DNA from: Eubacteriales bacterium
Lineage (GTDB): Bacteria; Bacillota; Clostridia; Lachnospirales; Lachnospiraceae
DNA: 64,000 nt
Assembly (NCBI GenBank): GCA_030524715.1
Contig: JAUNGB010000020.1
Location: forward strand, 306 to 64,305
Direction of reading: 5' to 3'
Position numbers and translations under genes: made by a program. Shown piece by piece: positions 57,863 to 64,000 of this stretch. The notes below the pieces were generated by a model that saw only the letters and a list, made by a program, of their open reading frames with translations, had not been told where the DNA came from and ran no database searches. Position 1 is the first letter of the stretch. Each line of letters begins with the position of its first letter.

Positions 57863-60800
57863 ATGAAACAAAAAAAGAAAAAGAGCAGTGGGAGAAGAGC
57901 CGGATGTGCTTTACTGGTTTCAATGGCGCTTATCCTACAGGCAGCGCAGCCATCATGGGTATATGCACAGCAGGATGCGGAAGGGTTGTGTTCCCATCAC
58001 CCGGAGCATACGGAAGAGTGCGGATACTCTGCGGAGGAAGGAATCCCATGCACCTATACCTGCATGGAATGTGCAGCGGAAGAGACTAAAAAGGCGGAGG
58101 AAGAAGCCGCCCGAAAAGCAGAGGAAGAGGCTGCCCGAAAGGCAGCGCAGGAAGCGGCAGAGCGGGCAAGGCAGGCTGTGCAGCAGGTCCAGGCTCTGGT
58201 CGACGCTCTTCCGGACGCGGAGGGGATTACCGCAGAAAATCTGGAAACGGTGAAGGAGCAGCTTGCGGCGATTGACACAGCAAAAGCCGGACTTACCGAA
58301 GAACAGCAGGCAAGCCTTGATCTGACCAGATATATGGCGGCAGCGGAAAAAGTTTCAGCGGTGGAAGCGGAACAGGAAGAAGTCACCCGAAAGGCAGAGG
58401 AAGAAGCTGCCCGAAAAGCAGCGGAAGAAGCAGAAAAGGCTACGCAGGAAGCGGCAGAGCGGGCAAGGCAGGCCGTCCAGCAAGTCCAGTCTTTGATTGA
58501 CGTTCTTCCGGAAACAGACGGGATTACCGCAGAGAATCTGGAAACAGTGAAGGAGCAGCTTGCGGCGGTTGACGCAGCAAAAGCCGGACTTACCGAGGAG
58601 CAGCAGGCAGGCCTTGATCTGACCAGATATACGGCGGCAGCGGAAAAAGTTTCAGCGGTAGAAGCAGAAAAGGCAGCGCAGGAAGCGGCAGAGCGGGCAA
58701 GACAGGCCATCCAGCAGGTCCAGACTCTGATTGACGCTCTTCCGGAAACAGACGGGATTACCGCAGAAAATCTGGGAACGGTGAAGGAGCAGCTTGCGGC
58801 GGTTGACGCAGCAAAAGCCGGACTTACCGAGGAGCAGCAGGCAGGCCTTGATCTGACCAGATATACGGCGGCAGCGGAAAAAGTTTCAGCGGTAGAAGCG
58901 GCGCAGGAAGAAGCAGAGCGGGCAAGGCAGGCCGTGCAGCAGGTCCAGACTCTGATTGACGCCCTGCCCTCTGCAGAGGAATTGGCGGCGATGAGCATGG
59001 AAGAACAGCAGGCAGTTTATGAACAGGTACAGGCGGCCTGCGATGCATACGAAGAACTGACAGAAGAAGAGCAGGCGCAGACAGACAAGACAAAGATCGA
59101 CGTATTATTTGAATATTTTAATAGCATGACGGCCACGGCAGATGCTTCCTCCACACAGACAGAAAGCAGTGTGGCTAAGGTGGGGAACGTTTATTATGAT
59201 GACCTGGCAGAAGCTTTAAGAAATGCGGGAAATCAAATCTGCGACATATTAAAGGATACATCTTTGAGTGGAAGATATGAATTTAAATCGGGGCCTAATA
59301 ACCCTGTTACGATAAATCTAAACGGCCATACCATAAGTGGTAACTTTACTTTGCTTCTGGGTGGCGTAAGTCCCTCTTATCTTAATGGCCCGGGAACAAT
59401 ATACGGAAATCTTGAGATTGAGTATGCCCATTTAAGTACTCCACTTACAGTCAATGGGAATATTTCACAGAATGGAGCTACCTGTATTAGTGTAGTAGGG
59501 TCTGGAACATTATACGTCGATGGCAATATTGGTGATTTCTATCCGCCTTCGCAGATTGCTGATGGCGTCACCATAATATGCACCGGCACATGCAGCGTGA
59601 CAGACATTCTAGACCGAGTTATCACACAGCCCCAAAATATTACTTTAAGTGTTTCCCCTGAAGGAAGCGGTTCAGTCACAGCAACGGGAAATAAGGTCGC
59701 TATGGATTCGGGCAATGCCATTACATCCGCCGGGAGTTCAGTTACCTTGACCGCTGCGCCTAATCAGGGCTACCGGTTTAAGGAATGGCAGGTCAATTCC
59801 GGCAGGGTGACGGTCAGCAATAATACATTTACCATGCCGGACGGTGATGTTTCCATCACGGCAGTTTTTGAACAACTTACCAAAACAACAACCCGGCTGG
59901 AAATTAGCGGTAACGGAGTTGCTCGCTATGGCGATTCCATCAGCCTGGAGGCTACGGTTACAGGTGAAAATAGTACAGTCAATAGCGGTGCCGTGGATTT
60001 CTACCGTGGTGAGGTAAGTGCTGCTAATAAGATAAATAGCGCGAGCATAACTGTGAGCGATGGGACAGCGAGATTCGAAGGGTATCAATTGTCAGATAAG
60101 GCTTGGAAACCTGGCGATACGCCTTACACGATTATTGCAGCGTATACACCCGATGAGGGAAGCGACTTTCTGGAAAGCAGCGGCAATGCTACATTGAAAA
60201 TCGATAAGGCGATGCCTCCAGCGCCAGAGGCGCCCGTCGGCGCAAGCGAGACAGGTGAGAGCAGAGTGGTACTTGCTTCTGTCTCAGGGAATTCCGACTA
60301 TGGCACGATCCAGTACGGTTATACAACGGGCGACGAAACTGAGGTTCCGGAATCCTGCTGGCAGACATCTACAGTTTTCAATGACCTGCAGCCCGGAACG
60401 GATTACACATTTTACAGCCGCTACTCCAGAAATGATTTTTATACTGCATCCGCTAAGAGTACCAGGGGACTGCAGGTAACTACCCTTCCGCAGATCACTA
60501 CAAGCGGGTTGGATGCCGGGACGGTGGGAGCGATGTATTCCCAAACCCTGTCTGCCGTCAGCGGGAAGAAAGTGACGTGGAGTATTTCAGAAGGCGCCCT
60601 GCCTGCAGGACTGAGCCTGAATGGAAATACCGGTACCATCGGGGGTACTCCCACTGCAGCGGTTGACAGCCAGAACGTCACTATTCAGGCGACCATAAGA
60701 GGCGCTGATGGTACTTCTGTCAGCAGCACAAAGCAACTGACCATAACGATCGGCAAGGGAACGCCTGCTGATCCTGAGAATGGCGAGGGCTATACAATCG

Positions 60801-61594
60801 ATTATGAGGCGGAGACAGTCACAGCCGGGACAGACTATGAGCTTTCCACCAATGGCGGGGACGCACCCGGAAGCGAAACCCTTAATGTTACTCCCGGTAC
60901 CGATGTGTATGTCCGCCGGAAAGCGACAGAAAACTATCATGCATCGAATTGGGCGGAGGTAACCATCCCGGCAAGGCCGACATTGGAACTTGGTATAACC
61001 AATGTTTTCGCAGATGGATTTACGGTAACCGTGAAAGGAGCGCCCACAGGCGCGGACTTAACCTATCGGGCAACGGGAACAGGCGGATATGCCGCCTATG
61101 ACTCAGGCGAGCAGACGGGCGGAACCTTCACCGGATTGAAGGCCGGCGTGTCTTATAATATTTCCGTGAAGTGCGCCGCGACAGGCAGCAGCTTTTCAGC
61201 GGAAGCAAAAGCAACGCCTGCAACAAATGCGGCAAGCTTTACCGTTTCCATCCCCAGACAGGCAACAGCGGGAGGAAATGCGATAGCTATATCCATTGAT
61301 TCCGGGAAACTCTTTGACCTGGGAGCCGACGGGAAAGTAAACGTGAAGATTAAAGACGAAAAGAACTTTGACAATGGCAGCCTTATCCTAAGAAGGGAAG
61401 GAGCAGACAATACGATCATGTCAGCCCTGTCAGTGAACGGGAAAGCCTTTACAGACCTGGATAACAATGTAGCGGTCTTTACAAAAGATAACAAAGATCC
61501 GGTATCCCTTTCCTTTGCGGCGCCGGCAGAAGAGAATATTCCTGCCGGAAACTATACGGGCACCGTCAACTTTGAAATCTCGTACACCCAGTGA
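57863..61594 (+). CDS. Large secreted adhesin-like protein (Cys/His N-motif, helical repeats, InlB-B-like, Ig, FN3, putative Ig, C-terminal WxL/pilin-like domain)
   Basis: Signal peptide; CSHHPEH..ECGY; repeated VQQVQ.LIDALP; VTLTAAPNQGYRFKEW...FTMP; GALPAGLSLN..TGTI.GTPT; C-terminal AGNYTGTVNF. Confidence 0.85.
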   Translation: MKQKKKKSSGRRAGCALLVSMALILQAAQPSWVYAQQDAEGLCSHHPEHTEECGYSAEEGIPCTYTCMECAAEETKKAEEEAARKAEEEAARKAAQEAAERARQAVQQVQALVDALPDAEGITAENLETVKEQLAAIDTAKAGLTEEQQASLDLTRYMAAAEKVSAVEAEQEEVTRKAEEEAARKAAEEAEKATQEAAERARQAVQQVQSLIDVLPETDGITAENLETVKEQLAAVDAAKAGLTEEQQAGLDLTRYTAAAEKVSAVEAEKAAQEAAERARQAIQQVQTLIDALPETDGITAENLGTVKEQLAAVDAAKAGLTEEQQAGLDLTRYTAAAEKVSAVEAAQEEAERARQAVQQVQTLIDALPSAEELAAMSMEEQQAVYEQVQAACDAYEELTEEEQAQTDKTKIDVLFEYFNSMTATADASSTQTESSVAKVGNVYYDDLAEALRNAGNQICDILKDTSLSGRYEFKSGPNNPVTINLNGHTISGNFTLLLGGVSPSYLNGPGTIYGNLEIEYAHLSTPLTVNGNISQNGATCISVVGSGTLYVDGNIGDFYPPSQIADGVTIICTGTCSVTDILDRVITQPQNITLSVSPEGSGSVTATGNKVAMDSGNAITSAGSSVTLTAAPNQGYRFKEWQVNSGRVTVSNNTFTMPDGDVSITAVFEQLTKTTTRLEISGNGVARYGDSISLEATVTGENSTVNSGAVDFYRGEVSAANKINSASITVSDGTARFEGYQLSDKAWKPGDTPYTIIAAYTPDEGSDFLESSGNATLKIDKAMPPAPEAPVGASETGESRVVLASVSGNSDYGTIQYGYTTGDETEVPESCWQTSTVFNDLQPGTDYTFYSRYSRNDFYTASAKSTRGLQVTTLPQITTSGLDAGTVGAMYSQTLSAVSGKKVTWSISEGALPAGLSLNGNTGTIGGTPTAAVDSQNVTIQATIRGADGTSVSSTKQLTITIGKGTPADPENGEGYTIDYEAETVTAGTDYELSTNGGDAPGSETLNVTPGTDVYVRRKATENYHASNWAEVTIPARPTLELGITNVFADGFTVTVKGAPTGADLTYRATGTGGYAAYDSGEQTGGTFTGLKAGVSYNISVKCAATGSSFSAEAKATPATNAASFTVSIPRQATAGGNAIAISIDSGKLFDLGADGKVNVKIKDEKNFDNGSLILRREGADNTIMSALSVNGKAFTDLDNNVAVFTKDNKDPVSLSFAAPAEENIPAGNYTGTVNFEISYTQ
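58095..58975 (+). repeat. Three long imperfect intragenic repeats plus a partial fourth
   Basis: AERARQAVQQVQ.LIDALP..DGITAENL.TVKEQLAA.D.AKAGLTEEQQA.LDLTRY repeated. Confidence 0.9.
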
Positions 61595-61612
61595 TGAGGA
61601 GGAAAGAAGAAC

Positions 61613-62134
61613 ATGAACAAGACAGCAAAAACCCTCCTGCTGGTTCTGCTGGCAGTAATCCTTGTGGGCGGCGGCATATTTGCCGGCATAAACTGGAACC
61701 GCTGGTTTGGGCAGGAGGCTGCCCCGGCGTCCTCTGCGGATACCTCCCGGGCCCAGGTGGACACTTCGGCGGAAGAATATACGGGCGACCGGGAGGTCTA
61801 CCAGGGGGAGAAGAACACGGATACCATTGACATACCGGGCTATGGAGCTATCAGTCTGAAGGCGGGGGAAACCGGGCAGGCGGTCAATTTCTACAACCCC
61901 GAACAGAATACCTGCTGCTTCCGGATGTCCCTGCTCTTATCCGATGGAACGGAGTTATGGAAGAGCGGTCTGGTGGAGCCGGGGATGGCGGTCTACGAGA
62001 TCGAACTGAACCAGTCCCTTGAGGCCGGGGAATATGAGGACGCGACGCTCAAATATGAGTGCTTCGCCATGGATGATGAACAGACGCCGCTTAACGGCTC
62101 TGAGATAAAGCTGACCCTGAATGTGCTGGAATGA
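61613..62134 (+). CDS. Membrane-anchored Ig-like protein (possible chaperone)
   Basis: N-terminal TM; IDIPGY...FYNPEQN.C.FRMSL...LWKSGLVEPG...L..GEY. Confidence 0.7.
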   Translation: MNKTAKTLLLVLLAVILVGGGIFAGINWNRWFGQEAAPASSADTSRAQVDTSAEEYTGDREVYQGEKNTDTIDIPGYGAISLKAGETGQAVNFYNPEQNTCCFRMSLLLSDGTELWKSGLVEPGMAVYEIELNQSLEAGEYEDATLKYECFAMDDEQTPLNGSEIKLTLNVLE

Positions 62135-62202
62135 TGGTATGGCGTGACAGCAGGGAAAAGGCTGGTCAGTAAGTTAAAATAAGGATGCAGGAGGAAATCA
62201 TA

Positions 62203-62685
62203 ATGAAGAAAAGAATGGCAGCAGGGATTATAGCGGCAGGAATGGTAATGGCAGCGGCACTTCCGGCGGCAGCGGAGAATAAAACGATGACCGTGAAATA
62301 TACGGAGGCGTCCACGTATACCCTGGAAATCCCGTCATCGGTAATACTGGAAGAGGATAAGGCCGTGAAGGCAGAAATTAAATTAAGCGCGATTAATGTG
62401 GGGGCGAAGGAAAAGGTACAGGTCAAGGTAAACAGCGGAATTTCAGGTGGGAAGGTCACGCTGACGGATGCAAAAGATGCGACCAATACGGTAAGCTCTG
62501 TGGTAAGCCTGACAGCAGATGCTGTGGCAGGAATCGAAGACAATGCAGTGGTGGCAGAATTTGAAGGGCCAGGCACCACTGCCACAAAAGACGGCGCCTT
62601 ATATTTTTCCCAACTGGGAGACATACCGGCGGGAACCTATTCCGGGACGATTGTATTCGAGGCAGAGATCGTAGCAAAGAACTGA
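62203..62685 (+). CDS. Small secreted WxL/pilin-like protein 1
   Basis: Signal peptide ALPAAA; YTLEIP ... AGTYSGTIVF. Confidence 0.75.
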   Translation: MKKRMAAGIIAAGMVMAAALPAAAENKTMTVKYTEASTYTLEIPSSVILEEDKAVKAEIKLSAINVGAKEKVQVKVNSGISGGKVTLTDAKDATNTVSSVVSLTADAVAGIEDNAVVAEFEGPGTTATKDGALYFSQLGDIPAGTYSGTIVFEAEIVAKN

Positions 62686-62704
62686 AACGAGAGGATGGAA
62701 AACG

Positions 62705-63187
62705 ATGAAAAAGCAGTGGAAAAAGAGATTACAGGCGGTATTTCTGGCAGGCTCCATGCTGATGACGGCAGCGCTCCCGGCATATGCCGCTGATAAGCAG
62801 TCGATGGAACTGACCGTGAACAAGGCCGCACAATATACCATGACGATTCCAAGAGACCAGAACGAGATTATATTTGGCGCAGAGCATACCACGATCGGTA
62901 CGTTGTCCGTAACCGGGGATATCGGAACAAAACAGCAGGTGCAGGTAACAGTAGATAAGACGGATTTTGCGGATTCAAAAGACAAAACGAACAGCTTTCC
63001 CTTTGCGCTGCAAAACAATGGGTCGGGTTTTAGCAGCGCTGTATGGACTTCCGAACAGGTAAGGGCGGAGACGCCGACAGGCTACGATTTAGAAGTATAT
63101 ATCCCCACAACAACATGGGCAGGTACACAGGCGGGGACATACAACGCGACGCTGACATTTCAGGCGGAGCTTCAGGATATCCGGTAA
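62705..63187 (+). CDS. Small secreted WxL/pilin-like protein 2
   Basis: Signal peptide ALPAYA; YTMTIP ... AGTYNATLTF. Confidence 0.75.
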   Translation: MKKQWKKRLQAVFLAGSMLMTAALPAYAADKQSMELTVNKAAQYTMTIPRDQNEIIFGAEHTTIGTLSVTGDIGTKQQVQVTVDKTDFADSKDKTNSFPFALQNNGSGFSSAVWTSEQVRAETPTGYDLEVYIPTTTWAGTQAGTYNATLTFQAELQDIR

Positions 63188-63245
63188 TGAGACAGGGAAA
63201 ACAGGGCGTCTGGCCCTGTGACAGAGGGAAGGTGGTGATATACCA

Positions 63246-64000
63246 TTGAAGGGAAAGAGGATATTCAGAAAAACAGCAGTCCTCTGCGTCCTGCTGGCGC
63301 TGCTGCTTCCGGCGGCGGTTTCCGCACAGGAGGCAGAATCCCCGGCAGCAAACAGCCTGTTTCTGGAAACGGTAGTAACAGGGACGGCAGGGATGGTAAA
63401 TGGCGGAAAAGCAGAGGCCGAGCTGCCGGATGGGAGAACTATTACTACGGAAATTATTACTACGGAAAGCGTAAAACTGCCGGATGGCCTGCTTCTGGTG
63501 GTGGAACTGGCAGAGGAACAGGATGGAGGCGTTTTTTCGTGGATACAGGAACTCCTGAAAGGGAAAGCAACAAAACTGCAGGCGTATGACATTTATTTTG
63601 TGGGCAGCAGCGGGGAGCGTTATGAGATAAAGGAAAGCCTGCGTATAACCATCAGCCTGAACGGAGATTACAGCCGTCCGGTTATTTATTCTGTGGACAA
63701 GAAAGAAGGGGCGGAGTTTCTTAAGAGCAGCGTGTCGGGAGACAGGGTTTCCTTTGAAACCGGAACCTTCCAAAGCAGCTACTATGTTTTGGGAGAGCGT
63801 ACGCAGGATACAGGGCCAGCACCGATGCCCGACCCAAGCCCGACAGCAACGCCTACGCCGATCCCTGTTCCGGATAATTATCCGGACGGTTCAGTGGTTC
63901 AGCCGGACGGCAGCATCCGAACTCCGGACGGAACCGTGATAGCGCCGGATGGCACTATTACCCTTCCGGATGGCACAAAGCTGCCCCCGGATGAAAACGG
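63246..64000 (+). CDS. Secreted PDG-repeat surface protein, partial (runs off the window; absent from the ORF track)
   Basis: TTG 63246 after GGAAGGTGG; reads MKGKRIFRKTAVLCVLLALLLPAAVSA ... PTATPTPIPVPDNYPDGSVVQPDG with no stop. Confidence 0.8.
   Translation, partial: MKGKRIFRKTAVLCVLLALLLPAAVSAQEAESPAANSLFLETVVTGTAGMVNGGKAEAELPDGRTITTEIITTESVKLPDGLLLVVELAEEQDGGVFSWIQELLKGKATKLQAYDIYFVGSSGERYEIKESLRITISLNGDYSRPVIYSVDKKEGAEFLKSSVSGDRVSFETGTFQSSYYVLGERTQDTGPAPMPDPSPTATPTPIPVPDNYPDGSVVQPDGSIRTPDGTVIAPDGTITLPDGTKLPPDEN

Noticed and set aside
1-64000. tRNA, rRNA, integrase or IS transposase genes
   Set aside because: None recognisable in the sequence or the ORF track

Overview
The window looks like a Lachnospiraceae (Blautia-like) chromosome segment; this is inferred from gene order and protein style. 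Positions 1-32.6 kb are core or near-core: T-box-proS, an inverted pabA-pabB-pabC operon, cca, cotS, pgm, the mazG-hup-yabO-yabP-yabQ-divIC-spoIIE-tilS-hpt-ftsH cluster, a GH13, a LysM-GH18, fba and a LacI-regulated maltodextrin/isomaltose locus. Positions 32.6-64 kb are an accessory cell-surface island. It holds two large secreted proteins with a shared signal peptide and shared PDG-repeat/FN3-like C-terminus but unrelated middles (one is frameshifted at a poly-G tract). Four promoters carry VirR-box-like LytTR direct repeats, and three of them also carry a covarying palindrome over the -10. There are two convergent LytTR/GHKL two-component pairs, an intact Rpn nuclease gene plus three decayed relatives, a roughly 490-nt rod-like imperfect palindrome before an XRE gene and a tandem paralogous pair of unknown proteins. 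The island ends with a GACA-repeat promoter ahead of a SLATT-like gene and a sortase-free WxL/pilin-like cluster. All calls are from reading the sequence; no searches or folding programs were run.
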